64,000 nt of DNA from Somniosus microcephalus (GCA_052327205.1 JBMRGM010000035.1:141422001-141486000), one strand, 5' to 3'. Shown: positions 34,885 through 47,508, counted from the stretch's first letter. Numbers and translations: made by a program. Notes: a model not told the origin generated them from the letters alone.

Positions 34885-35295
34885 CTGTCAGCTGTGGCTC
34901 AGTGGGTAGCACACATTCACCTCTGAGTCAGAAGGTTGTGGGTTCAACTCCCAAGCCAGAGACTTGAGCACATAAAGCTAGGCTGACACTCCAGCGCAGT
35001 TAAACCGTGGCCCCATCTGCCCTTTCAGTTGGATGTAAAAGATCCCATGGCACTATTTCGAAGAGCAGGGGAGTTATCCCTGGTGTTCTGGCCAATATTT
35101 ATCCCTCAACCAACAATAACAAAAACATTATCTGGTCATTAGCACATTGCTGTTTGTGGGACCTTGCTGTGCGCAAGTTAGCTGCCGCCTTTCCCACATT
35201 ACAACATTACTCTTCAAATAGTACTTCATTGGCTGTAAAGCACTTTGAGATGTCCGGTGGTTGTGAAAGGCGCTATATAAATGCTAGTTTTTCTT
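34885..35295 (+). mobile_element. Deu-domain tRNA SINE (SacSINE1-like)
   Basis: A box tggctcagtgg, B box ggttcaactcc, core ggatgtaaaagatcccatggcact, tail aggcgctatataaatgc. Confidence 0.85.
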
Positions 35296-35427
35296 TCAAC
35301 ATCAGATCAAAAAGGCTGTTACTAGCCTGTTAACAAGCTCTCAAATACTTTAATCAGCTCACCTGCCTCTCCCGAGCAAGTCTCTGGCGGGCTGATTAAC
35401 GCTCCCAAGTTAAAGGCGGAAGCCGGC

Positions 35428-36251
35428 TGTAAGATCGTGAGATCTGTAAGATCTGTAATTTATATTTAAATTTTCTGTGACTATAGCAGACCACTCCTGG
35501 TACAGGTATATTGTGTATAAGTATAACAAATTTATTGAGCACTTTACATCCAGTACAAAGAAGTAATACTTAACCAGAAGATAGTCACAATCTGTCCCTC
35601 GAACCACAGCAGCATGCCCACCGGGTGACTGCGACGCCGTCTCTTTTCTCAGTCTTGCTGTGTTCTGTTGACTGAAGTTTATCTTCCTCGGGTTTCGCGC
35701 TGACTCCAGTGTCCAATAGCTGTTCATTTACACCTTTTTCTCCCTTCAAAATACTTGGCAACTTGCAGCTGCTTGGGCTACCTCACCATTCGTGTTGATA
35801 ATTCCTGACCTTCAATAGTACGGTCTATGATCCCCCCCCCACTTTTTTTTGAATGAGCTTTCCTATGAGAACTTTTACACAGACAAACTTCCCACGAATT
35901 ATGAAAGATGTCTTTTGCCTTTCACATAGCCCATTATCTAGCCTGGTCTGTAACTTCAGAGATAAGGGATGTTAGGTGTTGAAAACCCTCTATCTTACTT
36001 TGAAACTTAATTAATGTTTGTCCTTCACTGGCTTCTTGTTTTTAACATAACAGACGATTTTACAGAATCACATCAAGTTGGCATAATTTACCATCATGCT
36101 TTGCTTCTCAGCCTTGTGTCTTTTTAACTAAGGTTATACATATTGTAACAGAGGTTTTATGTTTCTAACATACATTATATATCATAGTCATTTTGAGAAA
36201 AGCATTACATTTAAAACATTATCAAATCACACAGATAGGCTCTATTCTACA
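35428..36251 (-). mobile_element. Solo LTR (824 bp)
   Basis: TGTAAGAT...ATTCTACA termini; 4-bp TSD CGGC (35424-35427 and 36252-36255); minus-strand AATAAA at 35531-35536. Confidence 0.65.
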
Positions 36252-36355
36252 CGGCGGGCTGAAGGCAGTTTCCTGATGCGCTTTCAATTTCAGCACTTTT
36301 AACTGCCCACCCGCTCGCAAACCCGCTCACTCTTCAAAGTAAAAATTCCAGCCAC

Positions 36356-37672
36356 GGTGTCAGCCGTGGCTCAGTGGGTAGCGCCCTTACCTCTGAGTCA
36401 GAAGGGCATGGGTTCGCGGTCCCACTCCAGAAGCTTGAGCACAATATCTAGACTGACACTCCCAATGCTGTTCTGACGTGAGTGCTGCACTGTCGGAGGT
36501 GCTGTCATTCGGATAAGACGTTAAACCAAGGCCCGTCTGCCCTCTCAGGTGGACGTAAAAAATCCCACAGCACTATTTCGAAGAAGAGTAGTGGAGATTT
36601 CCCACCCACCCCTGTGTCGTGGTCAATATTCATCCCTAAACCAACATCACTAAAACAGACCGCTCCCTCCGAGACACCCTAGTCCACTCCTCTATCACCC
36701 CAAACAGCCCTTCCCCTTCGCCTGGCACCTTCCCGTGCAAGCGGAGGAGATGTAACACCTGCCCCTATACCTCCCCCTTCCCACTGTCCAGGGCCCCAAA
36801 CACCCCTTCCAGGTGAAACAGCGATTTACTTGTACTTCTCGCAATCTAGTATACTGTATTCGCTGCTCACGATGCGGTCTCCTCTACATTGGGGAGACCA
36901 AACGCAGATTGGGTGACCGCTTTGCGGAACACCTCCGTTCAGTCCGCAAGGGTGACCCTGAGCTCCCGGTCGCCTGTCATTTTAATTCACCGCTCCATTC
37001 CCACTCGGACCTCACCGTCCTTGGCCTCTTGTATTGTTCCACGGAAGCTCAACGTAAACTCGAGGAACAGCACCTCATCTTCCGATTAGGCACTCTGCAG
37101 CCTTCCGGACTCAATATCGAGTTCAACAATTTCAGATCATAAGCTCGGCCCCCATTTCATTTTCTCTTGTAATTGTTCCACTCCTTTCCCCCCGCCCCCC
37201 CTTTCCTTTTGTTTCGCTCTCACACCTGGCAGCTATCCTTTGCCCTGCCAGTACACTTTACACCTAATCTCAGCCTATTACCATCTCGTCTAGCTTCTAA
37301 TCTCTTTTACTTCTTTTGTTTCTTTTATTCTTTTGTCTGATCGCAGCCCTGCCTTCGATCTAGTTTCTTTTCTTTCCAGTTTTGAAGAAGGGTTCAACCC
37401 GAAACGTCAACTCAAATTTCTCTCCACGGATGTTGCCTGACCTGCTGAGTTTTTCCAGCATTTTCTGTTGTTATTTCGGATTTCCAACATCTGCAGTATT
37501 TTGCTACCTTCACTAAAACAGATTATCTGGTCATTATCACATTGCTGTTTGTGGGAGTTTGATGTGTGCAAATTGGCTGCCACGTTTCCCACAGTACAAC
37601 AGCGACTACACTTCAAAAAAGTATTTAATTGGTTGTAAAGCGCTTTGGGACGTTATATAACATTGTAAAGGC
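36356..37672 (+). mobile_element. Deu-domain SINE split by a Penelope insertion (36356-36659 and 37510-37672)
   Basis: The SINE sequence resumes exactly after the duplicated tcactaaaacaga. Confidence 0.85.
36660..37509 (+). mobile_element. 5'-truncated Penelope-like element with an open GIY-YIG domain (36813-37142)
   Basis: NLVYCIRCSRCGLLYIGETKRRLGDRFAEH..GLNIEF; 13-bp TSD tcactaaaacaga (36647-36659, 37510-37522); HHR-like ttgaagaagggttcaacccgaaacgtc near 37381. Confidence 0.9.
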
Positions 37673-38616
37673 GCCACAAATTCTCCCTGTCTCTCTCTCT
37701 TATGGACAGAAGTGTCAGAAGCAGAACCAGTTCTATACAACAAGCGGCACCGGGAGTTTGTTTTTTAGACTATTTAATGGCATGCACTTGCCAACAGAGA
37801 GTGCTGTTGTGCTTCCTTTATTGAACCTAGACATCAATGTCAGCGATAATCAGGGTGCAGATTTTCTGCTGCGGCGGATTATCATTTCTCTGCTCGTTAA
37901 CAGCTTAAGCCGTTTAAAACAAAGGTGACAATGACAGATGAAGCAATGTCCAACAGCCGCCTGAGGCCTCTGCAACATCTACAGCAGTAACTGCTGCTAT
38001 CGAATTGTTTTGTAGAAATAAGCAAGGTACTCTATTCAGGAATATAAACAGAAAATGCTGGCAACGCTCAGCAGGTCAGGCAGAATCGGTGGAGGGAGCG
38101 ACAAACCGAGTTAACGTTAGGCCACTGACCTTTCATCAGGAGTGCTTCTATTTATATTCCAGATTTCCAGCATCCGCAGTATTTTGCCACTGTATTCTAT
38201 TCAGAATTCATTCACTTTAACATAAAGTTACATCTTTTATTTGTGCATGTTTTTTTTTAAAAAGTTCTGACATTTTCAGCTTCACCTCCAAGGGCCGCCT
38301 CATCATAAAAATCAGATTTCCAGCAGCCGCTGACTTTTCTTCTGTTAATTCATTCTGACTCTTTTTGAGGGGACGATTCCACCGGCAGCAACTCTCCAGT
38401 ACTTCACTGGAATGCTCAGTGTGTGTGTGTGGATGAGCCGGAACAGCGAGTGTCGGTGGGCTATTTGACTGTGGAGACCATCGCGCCCTCACGCACATGT
38501 AGAAGTTCCAGTGTGGATATCAATCAGGAGCGGGAACCCTGGCTGTTTCTTTCTTATTCCCTTTCCTAATGTGGTGGGGCAACTACAGAGTCCCATGAAC
38601 CATCCTCATTCATTTT

Positions 38617-39135
38617 AAAAACATAGAAACATAAAAAAATAGGAGCAGGAGTAGGCCATTCGGCCCTTCGAGCCTGCTCCGCTATTCAATATGATCATGG
38701 CTGACCCTCTATCTCGATACCATATTCCTGCACTCTCCCCATACCCCTTGATGTCTTTTGTGTCTAGAAATCTATCTATCTCCTTCTTAAATATATTCAG
38801 TGACTTGGCCTCCACAGCCTTCTGTGGGAGAGAATTCCACAGGTTCACCACCCTCTGAGTGAAGAAATTTCTCCTCATCTCAGTCCTAAATGTCCTACCC
38901 AGTATCCTGAGACTGTGACCCCTTGTTATAGACTCCCCAGCCAGGGGAAATATCCTCCCTACATCCAGTTTGTCTAGTCCTGTCAGAATTGTATATGTTT
39001 CAATGAGATCCCCTCTCATTCTTCTAAACAGTGGCCTAGTTGACCCAATCTCTCCTCATACAACAGTCCTGCCATCCCAGGATTCAGTTTGGTGAACGTT
39101 CGCTGCACTCCCTCTATGGCAAGTATATCCTTTCT
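38617..39135 (-). mobile_element. CR1 3' fragment
   Basis: ORF 38615-39019 MRGDLIETY..TRGHSLRI..FFTQRVVNLWNSLP. Confidence 0.9.
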
Positions 39136-39282
39136 ATGGAAAATGCTATGTCTTATCTGCAAAATATGACTATGTTTTAATTGGAATCACCAGTTATTTC
39201 CTTAGCAAGTCAATAATTCAGACTGTTAGGTTTCCATCTTAAATTTGGTCATCAAATATTCAAACAGCTGGTAAGCAAAGGC

Positions 39283-39612
39283 TTCTTCCATGGTCTCGCC
39301 CCTCCCTATCTCTGTAATCTCTTCTAGCCCTACAACACGCCGAGATCTCTGCGCTCCTCCAATTCAGGCCTCTTGCACATCCCAAATTTTAATCGCTCCA
39401 CCATTGGCGGCCGTGCCTTCAGCTGCCTGGGTCCTAAGCTCTGGAATTCCCTCCCTAAACCTGTCCGCCTCGCTACCTCTCTCCTCCCATAAGACGCACC
39501 TCTTTGGTCAAGCTTTTGGCCACCTGTCCTAATATCTCATTGTGTAGCTCCTGTGATGTGGCCTGTGATGTTTTACAACAATAAAGGCGCTATATAGATG
39601 CAAGTTATTATT
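39283..39612 (+). mobile_element. L2-type LINE 3' end fragment
   Basis: ..ggcggccgtgccttcagctgcctgggtcctaagctctggaattccctccc (GGRAFS..P.LWNSLP) and an aaggcgctata tail. Confidence 0.65.
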
Positions 39613-39726
39613 GTTGGATTTTTGGCATCTCACAATTAGAACAGTTCTCACATTTCCCCCTTTGGTGTAGAAAGCAATCAAGAAAAACATAAAGAATTAA
39701 CATTAGACACAAAATAAATCAGCCCA

Positions 39727-40147
39727 TTACTCTCACCTGAGTCAGCAGGTTGTGGGTTCAAGTCCCACTCCAGGGACTTGAGCACAAAAATCTAGGCTGA
39801 CACTCCAGTGCAGTGCCGAGGGAGTGCTGTACTGTCGGAGGTGCTGTATTTTGGATGAGACGTTAAACGTCTGCCCTCTCCGGTGGTTGTAAAAGAGCCC
39901 ATAACACTATTTCGAAAAAGGGCAGGGGGAGTTAACCCCGGTGTCCTGGCCAATATTTATCCCTCAACCAACATCACTGAAAACAGATTATCTGGTCATT
40001 ATCACATTGCTGTTTGTGGGAGCTTGCTGTGCACAAATGGCTGCCGCGTTTCCTACATCACAACAGTGACCACACTTCTAAAGTACGTCATTGGCTATAA
40101 AGCGCTTTGGGACGCCCTGAGGCCGTGAAAGGCGCAGTATAAATTCA
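39727..40147 (+). mobile_element. Deu-domain tRNA SINE
   Basis: B box ggttcaagtcc plus the shared core and tail. Confidence 0.85.
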
Positions 40148-40993
40148 ACAACAACAACTTATATATTTATATAGCACCTTTAATGTAGTAAAACATCCCA
40201 AGGCGCTGCACAGGAGTGTTATTCTTCTTCTTCTTAGGAAGTCCCTCGGAACCGAGGATGACTTAGGAGTGTTATAAGAGAAAAAAATTGTCAAAAGAAG
40301 TCTTTTTTATATATTTGTATTTTCTAATCATGCCTACTCATCTGTTTCATTCTATCTATCCATCTATCTCTAGCTGGCTATACGTGTGTTTCTAGATTTG
40401 GAATTCTCCACCCCATAGGGCTGTGGAGGCTCAGTCATTGAGTATATTCAAGGCCGAGATCGATAGATATTTTTGAATATTATGGGAATAGTGCAGGAAA
40501 GTGGAGATGAGATCGAAGATCAGCCAGGATCTTATTGAATGGCGGAGCAGACTCGAATTGGCTAATTGGCCAACTCCTGCTCCTATTTTATCTCTCCAAT
40601 GTGCCTATCTATTTGTGCACTATCAGTATTTGTGTGTGTTTTCCCCCCCATCGTTATATGTTTTTCAATACGTGTGTCTGTATCAATTTTGTATTTTCCA
40701 TCGCAGTCTTCACTGATGCGTCCATCTGTCACTGCCTATCTCTCTCAGCCTGTCTGTAGTTGTATTTGTTTTCACTTGTTTCCATCGCACTTTCAGTGTT
40801 GACTTGTTTCTGTAGCTCCACACACAGACTCAGACCCTCTCTCCCTGGCTCTCTCCGATCGGCTGAGTGACTCTCTGCCTGCTCTCAGGATTATACATCT
40901 CAGGGTTGGGGAAGCAGGACTCTGGTGAGCCGGGGTGGAGTGGTGGGGGTTTGCTGGACTTCCCCTCCACCAAATTCGGCTGGGCTGAGCAGC

Positions 40994-41402
40994 ATGAGCC
41001 GGGCGGCGGGGCCCCCCGAGCTGCCCCAGCCCCAGGAGCGCTGCCTGCCCCGCACTTTCCTGCTCAGCCTGCGGACCCTCTTCGACATCCTGGACCAGGA
41101 GGGCCGGGGCGCGGTCGAGCTGCGGGAGATCGAGAGCCGCTGGCGGGGCGAGGGCAGCCGGGAGCCGGCGCTGCCCGCCGCGCTGCTGCCTTGCCTGCGC
41201 CGGGTGGCGGAGCCCAGCGGGCAGCTCACCTTCCCCCGCCTGCTGGCGGGCATCAGGGCGGCGCTGCACCAGGACAGCGAGAGCCCGGGAGCCGGGCAGC
41301 AGCGCCGAGACCACCGCTCCCCTCTGACCGGCTCCGGCCACAGCGACCCGGGGGACAAGGGAACTGACAACCCGGGGATAGACAGCAGAACCTGGGCACA
41401 GA
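40994..41402 (+). CDS. SAPCD1: First coding exon of a suppressor-APC-domain-containing protein (SAPCD1/SAPCD2 family)
   Basis: LPRTFLLSLRTLFDILDQEGRGAVELREIESRW..L.CLRRVAEPSGQLTFPRLLAGIR matches the recalled SAPCD2-type N-terminal domain. CpG-rich exon; donor A|gtaagt at 41403. SAPCD1 rather than SAPCD2 is inferred only from linkage to VARS1. Confidence 0.8.
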
Positions 41403-43005
41403 GTAAGTGAACGTCAGGTCATTAATTATATAAATACTTTTAATTACAGCCAGTGAATGTCAGATTATTAGTAATATACTTTTAATTACAGTCAGTGAAT
41501 GTCAGATTATTAATTATATAAATACTTTTAATTACAGTCAGTGAATGTCATTATTAATTATATAAATACTTTTAATTACAGCCAGTGAATGTCAGATTAT
41601 TAGTAATATACTTTTAATTACAGTCAGTGAATATCAGATTATTAATTATATAAATACTTTTAATTACAGCCAGTGAATGTCAGATTATTAGTAATTTAAT
41701 ACTTTTAATTACAGTCAGTGAATGTCAGATTATTAGTAATATAAATACTTTTAATTACAACCAGTGAATGTCGGATTATTAGTAATTTAATACTTTTAAT
41801 TACAGTCAGTGAATGTCAGATTATTAGTAATATAAATACTTTTAATTACAGTCAATGTCAGATTATGAATTATATAAATACTTTCAATTACAGTCAGTGA
41901 ATGTCAGATTATTAATTATATAAATACTTTTAATTACAGCCAGTGAATGTCAGATTATTAATTATATAAATACTTACTCTGAGTCAAAAGGTTGTGGGTT
42001 CATGTTCCACTCCAGGGACTTGAAGCACTTAAATCTAGGCTGACACTCCAGTGCAGTACTGAGGGAGCACTGCACTGTCGGAGGTGCCGTCTTTCGGATG
42101 AGACGTTAAACCGAGGCCCCGTCTGCGCTCTCAGGTGGATGTAAAAGATCCAATGGCACAATTTCGAAGAAGAGCAGGGGAGTTGAACCTGGTGTCCCAG
42201 CCAATATTTATCGATCAACGAACATAACAAAAACAGATGATCTGGTCATTATCACATTGCTGTTTGTGGGAGCTTGCTGTGCGCAAATTGGCTGCTGTGT
42301 TTCCCACATTACAACAGTGACTACACTTCAAAAGTACTTCATTGGCTGTAAAGCGTTCTGGGACATCCGGTGGTCATGAAAGGCGCTGTATGAATGCAAG
42401 TCTTTTCTTTTTAATTGCAGCCAGTAAACATCAGATTATTAATTATATAAATACTTTTAATTACAGTCACTGAATATCAGATTATTAATAATATAATACT
42501 TTTAATTACAGTCAGTGAATGTCAGGTTATTAATTATATAAATACTTTTAATTACAGTCAGTGAATATCAGATTATTAATTATATAAATACTTTAAATTA
42601 CAGTCAGTGAATATTAGATTAATTATATAAACACTTTTAATTACAGCCAGTGAAGATCAGGTTATTAATTATATAAATACTTTTAATTACAGTCAGTGAA
42701 TATCAGATTAATTATATAAATACTTTTAATTACAGTCAGTGAATATCAGATTATTAATTATATAATACTTTTAATTACAGCCAGTGAATATTAGATTATT
42801 AATTATATAAATACTTTTGATTACAGTCAGTGAATATCAGATTATTAATTATACAAATACTTTTAATTACAGTCAGTGAATATCAGATTATTAATAATAT
42901 AATACTTTTAATTACAGTCAGTGAATATCAGATTATTAATAATCTAATACTTTTAATTACAGTCAGTGAATGTCAGATTATTAATAATATAATACTTTTA
43001 ATTAA
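41403..43005 (+). repeat. AT-rich minisatellite (about 46-bp unit cagtcagtgaatgtcagattattaattatataaatacttttaatta), interrupted by a SINE
   Basis: Tandem units read directly from the exon donor onward. Confidence 0.95.
41975..42408 (+). mobile_element. Deu-domain tRNA SINE inside the minisatellite
   Basis: Near-consensus core and tail relative to the other copies. Confidence 0.9.
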
Positions 43006-43357
43006 TAAGCAGTCCTGAAGCAGACAGCAGGAACTTTGCAGAGAGTGAGTGGCTATCAGATTGTTAATAATAAATATAAATTTGTCTGGCAACTCAGCAT
43101 GGTATGAGTAAATATCAATTGTATTGATAAATACAGACGTATACTAAATAATGAATAAACAGTCTGGGAGCAGAGGCCTGCAACTCGGGACTGATATTTT
43201 TCACAACTTCTTCCAGCCCATCCACAACCTCTCTCTCTTTTTTTCTCTCTCTTTCTCTTTCTCTCTCTCACTTACTCTCTCCTTTATCTATCTCTCTTGT
43301 TCTCTTTCTCTCTCACTCTCTCTTTATTGCTCTCTCTTTGTCATTCTATCACTTCTT

Positions 43358-43519
43358 NNNNNNNNNNNNNNNNNNNNNNNNNNNNNNNNNNNNNNNNNNN
43401 NNNNNNNNNNNNNNNNNNNNNNNNNNNNNNNNNNNNNNNNNNNNNNNNNNNNNNNNNNNNNNNNNNNNNNNNNNNNNNNNNNNNNNNNNNNNNNNNNNNN
43501 NNNNNNNNNNNNNNNNNNN
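43358..43519. other. Assembly gap (N run) following a (CT)n-rich tract
   Basis: N bases. Confidence 1.
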
Positions 43520-43907
43520 AGACCCTTCGCTGGGAAACCTTTTCCGATATGAATGTCATGCACCGAATGACTTCAGCCCCTGGCGGGAGTAACCCTGATG
43601 TTGGCTCACTAAATGCCAATCATGTTCACCAGTAGACCAGAAGGGTGACATATATTGTTCATGTGTGTACATGTGAACATTCCGGAATCAGTCCAATTCC
43701 AAACAGCAGCTGTTTATTTTTTTGCAGAGAGTGGGTGGAAGGTGCGTGTCATGATAGCATGTACAGTGCACTAGAACAACACAGAGCAGGCCCCGATCCA
43801 CAAACAATGAGTTGTTCCTCACTGTGATGTTTGTTACGGAGCCATGAAACAGAGAGTCGGGTGTTAAAGCCACAGTGGGATGCAGGGAGAGTCACAGTGA
43901 GGCTTCA

Positions 43908-44080
43908 AGGGACAATTGTAGCCTAACCCGTCCATCGGGAAGCTGACGGGATCGGGAGCCATGCTGGTCTTACACCCTGTCCGATTTTAACGGAGAGTAA
44001 TATTGGGCGGGGGTGTAAAGCCAGCGTTCCACCCAATCCCATGGGATTCCTGCCCAGTGCGTCGGTTAAAATCAATCCCT
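43908..44080. mobile_element. MITE (probably Harbinger-derived)
   Basis: Imperfect TIRs agggacaattgta / ttaaaatcaatccct; similar internal sequence to 46818-46986. Confidence 0.5.
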
Positions 44081-44334
44081 TTCCTCTCGGTTAAAGAAAA
44101 CACGTGGATGAAGAATGAGAACCAGAACGAGAGGAGAATAAACGGAAAATAAATCCTCAACAGTGGCTAGAATAATTGAGGTCAGTCATCATGGCCAGAA
44201 AGCTCTTCCCAAATGCTAATGTTGTCTGTAGATTATTACTGAGCCAGTTCACAGCCTTGCCTCACAACATTAGCTCTAAGATCTGTTTCTAATCTCAAAC
44301 ACGTAGCAAACCAAAGCGATATCAGTAGAAAGCA

Positions 44335-44808
44335 TTGATCCCTGAGATGAGAGAGCTGTCCTATGAGGAGAGATTGTGTAGAATGGGATTACAGTCTCTG
44401 GAGTTTAGAAGAATGAGAGGTGATCTCATTGAAACATATAAGATTCTGAGGGGGTTGACAGGGTAGATGCTGAGAGGTTGTTTCCCCTGGCTGGAGAGTC
44501 TAGAACTCGTGGGCATAGTCTCAGGATAAGGGGTCAGCCATTTAGGGATGAGATGAGGAGAAATTCTTCTCTCAGAGGGTCGTAAATCTGTGGAATTCTC
44601 TGCCCCAGAGAGCTGTGGAGGCTGGGTTATTAACTACATTTAAGGTGGAGATAGACAGATTTTTGCAAGATAAGGGAGTGAAGGGTTATGGGGAGCGGGC
44701 GGGGAAGTGGCTTTGAGCCCAAGATCAGCCATGATCTTATTGAATGGCGGAGCAGGCTCAAGGGGCCAAGTGCCCTATTCCTGCTCCTATTTCTTATGTT
44801 CTTATGTC
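44335..44808 (+). mobile_element. CR1 3' fragment
   Basis: agaagaatgagaggtgatctcattgaaacatataag...; ttcttatgttcttatg tail. Confidence 0.85.
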
Positions 44809-45317
44809 AGGCGATGCACTCTATGGGCGAATAGGCCATCAGCTTCATTGTTTCAGCTCGCACATGGAGACTGGCAAAATGTGAGGTACCATAGGGTGGT
44901 TAATCTTGTAGAACCATAACCCAGTAGGATCAGCGTCTTCAGTGGAGAGAGCGGATAATGAGCTGGATTTTAACATACCTGTTAACCGCTAAGTTATTTG
45001 GACAAACAATGATGGGGAAATAGTGCCGCAAACTCCAGTGAGAATCCCCTTGCCGTTATTTTTCTAATTTGTCTTTCTGTTTTGTTCAGTGATTTCGGTC
45101 GCGGTGTTAATTGATCTTTTCCCATTTAAATTTCAATTACATCGATTCAGAGGCTGCGTCTGATCCAATCTCAACTGATCTGACCCTGACCTAAACCAAC
45201 TGTGCAACCTTGCAAAGTGAAAGACTATTTGATCAGCCAGAGCCAGGCGATTTCCTGTATATGAGCTGGAATGAATGCTATTAATAAAATTGTCGGTGCA
45301 GGGATTAATGCCTGAAA

Positions 45318-45690
45318 GAAAAAAACTTGCAACGATATGGTGCCATTCACAACCACCGGACGTCCCAAAGTGCTTTACAGCCAATTAAGTACTTTTTGAA
45401 GTGGAGTCACTGTTGCAATGTAGGGAAACGCGGCAGCCAATTTGCGCACAGCAAGCTCCCACAAACAGCAATGAGATAATGACCAGATAATCTGTTTTAG
45501 CTGTTGGTTGAAGGATAAATACTGGCCCAGGACACAGGGGAGAACTCCCCTTCAAAATAGTGGGCGTGAAATCTTTTACATCCACCTGAGAGGGGCAGAC
45601 GGGGCCTCGGTTTAACATGTTATCCGAAAGACGGCACCTCCGACAGTGCAGCGCTCCCTCAGCACTGCACTGGAAGTGTGTCAGTCTAGA
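45318..45690 (-). mobile_element. Deu-domain tRNA SINE
   Basis: Reverse complement of the SINE core and tail. Confidence 0.85.
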
Positions 45691-45994
45691 TTAGGGTTGC
45701 TAGGGATGGGCATTATATATACAGTCATGTCAAGTGTTGCCCACATTCTGACAACTAATAATGGAGCTGGTTTCTACCGACACCAAACAGGATACATTCA
45801 GGAGGTATGCCTGAGAGGGGTGGATAGGGGGCCAACGTTTGCTACTTTCCTGTGGCCCCTGTGCGCTGATTAGGGTGGATCAGGCCATTGACAGGGCTCA
45901 GTCACATACCCACCGCCTCCGACAGGGGCTTGCACTGGGAAAGGGCGCAGAAGCAGGAGCACAGTCTGTCAGCCTAAGAGGCTGGCAGCTGCAG

Positions 45995-46540
45995 GCATAG
46001 GAACAGAAGGAGGCCATTCAGCCCCTCGAGCCTGTTCCAACGTTCAATTACATCATGCCCGATCTGTATCCGTCTTGGTTCCGTAACCCTTAACATCCTC
46101 ATCCAACAAAAAAAACCTATTGACCTCAGCTTTGACATTTTCAGTTGACCCCCCAGCCTCAACAGCTTTCTGGGGGGCGGTGGGGGGGGGGGGGAGGAGA
46201 GCTCCAGATTTCCACTAACCCTTTGTGAGAGGAAGTGCTTCCTGACATCACCCCTGAATGGCCTGGCTCTAATTTTATGGTTCTGCCTCCCCTTGTTCTG
46301 GACTCCCCCCACCAGAGGAAATACCTTCTCTCTATCTACCCAATCAACTCCTTTAATCATCTTAAACACCTCAGTTAGATCGCTCCTTAATCTTCTATAC
46401 TCGAGGGAATACAAGCCTAGACTGTGCAACCAGTCCTCACAATTTAACCCTTGTAGCCCCAATATCATTCTGGTGAATCCGCGCTGCTCCCCCTCCAAGG
46501 CCAATATATCCTTCCTGAGGTGCGGTGCCCAGACCTGAAC
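45995..46540 (-). mobile_element. CR1 3' fragment
   Basis: ORF 45974-46504 ALEGEQRGFTRMI..LGLYSLEYRRLRSDL. Confidence 0.85.
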
Positions 46541-46817
46541 GCAGACCTGAACTGAATCTGGCAGCTGACCTCAGGGGTCTACTGGCTGCCCCTCTTTCTC
46601 TATTCCTGATCTTTTGTGCTGGGGAATAAATGTTTTCCGAAGGCAGAGTTCGGGAAAACTGTGATAGATTCTACTTATCGGTGCCATTCACCAAACCAAA
46701 TCTCCTGAGGTGCACAATCAGAAGCAAGGCACTGTGGATGCTGGAAATCTGAAACAAAATGCTGGAGACGCTCAGCAGGTTGGGCAGCATCTGCAGAGGG
46801 AGAAGCATGGGGTTAAC

Positions 46818-46986
46818 GGGGGCAATTTGAACCCAACACGCCTGTCGGGAAACGGATGGGATCGGGTGCGACGCTGGATTTAACCCCCGGCTCCGATTTT
46901 ACTCTCCATTGAAGTCAATATCGGGCGAGACCCGGTTTTCCCACTGTGGGATTCCCGCCCAGCGAGTTGGGTTAAAATGATCCCCG
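46818..46986. mobile_element. MITE inserted into a Penelope pLTR fragment
   Basis: TIRs cgggggcaatttgaaccc / gggttaaaatgatccccg; the pLTR sequence gttaac...tttcaggtc is split around it. Confidence 0.55.
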
Positions 46987-47094
46987 ACATTTCAGGTCGT
47001 TGACCATCAGTCAGCACCCTGAGATGGTTCCCAGTGAGAGTAAGGGACATGGAGCAGGAAGCAGGAGAGAAGTGAGGAAAGGTGACTGATTGAG

Positions 47095-47508
47095 GAAGTT
47101 TAGAAGTTTGAGAGGTGATCTCATTGAAATGTATAAAGTTCTTAGAGGACTTGACAGGGTAGATGCAGGGAGGATGTTTTCGCTGGCTGGAGAGTCTAGA
47201 ACCAGGGGGCACAGTCTTAGAATAAGGGGTCGGCCATTTAGGACTGAGAGGAGGAGAAATTTTTTCACTCAGAGGGCGGTGAATCTTTGCAATTCTCTAC
47301 CCCAGAGGGCTGTGGAGGCTCAGTCATTGGGTATATTCAAAACAGTGATCGATAAATTATTGGGCACTAAGGGAATCAAGGGATATGGGGATCGGGCAGG
47401 AAAGTGGGGTTGAGGTCGAAGAGCAGCCATGATCTTATTGAATGGTGAAGCAGACTCGAGGGGCCGAATGGCCTACTCCTGCTCCTATTTCTTATGTTTT
47501 TATGTTCT
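47095..47508 (+). mobile_element. CR1 3' fragment
   Basis: ORF 47090-47413 LRGDLIEMYK..TRGHSLRIRGRPF. Confidence 0.88.

Larger units (their letters stand above)
23989..36353 (+). mobile_element. Outer PIF/Harbinger transposon A, decayed and carrying nested insertions
   Basis: Imperfect TIRs ggggctgaatttttac (23989) and gtaaaaattccagcc (36339-36353). Myb/SANT gene on the + strand from 24944 and HARBI1-like transposase remnants on the - strand at 32682-33750. Boundaries are less certain than those of element B. Confidence 0.6.

Noticed and set aside
34885-34960. tRNA genes suggested by A/B boxes (also near 36360 and 39740)
   Set aside because: They are SINE heads continuing into SINE core and tail sequence, not complete cloverleafs.
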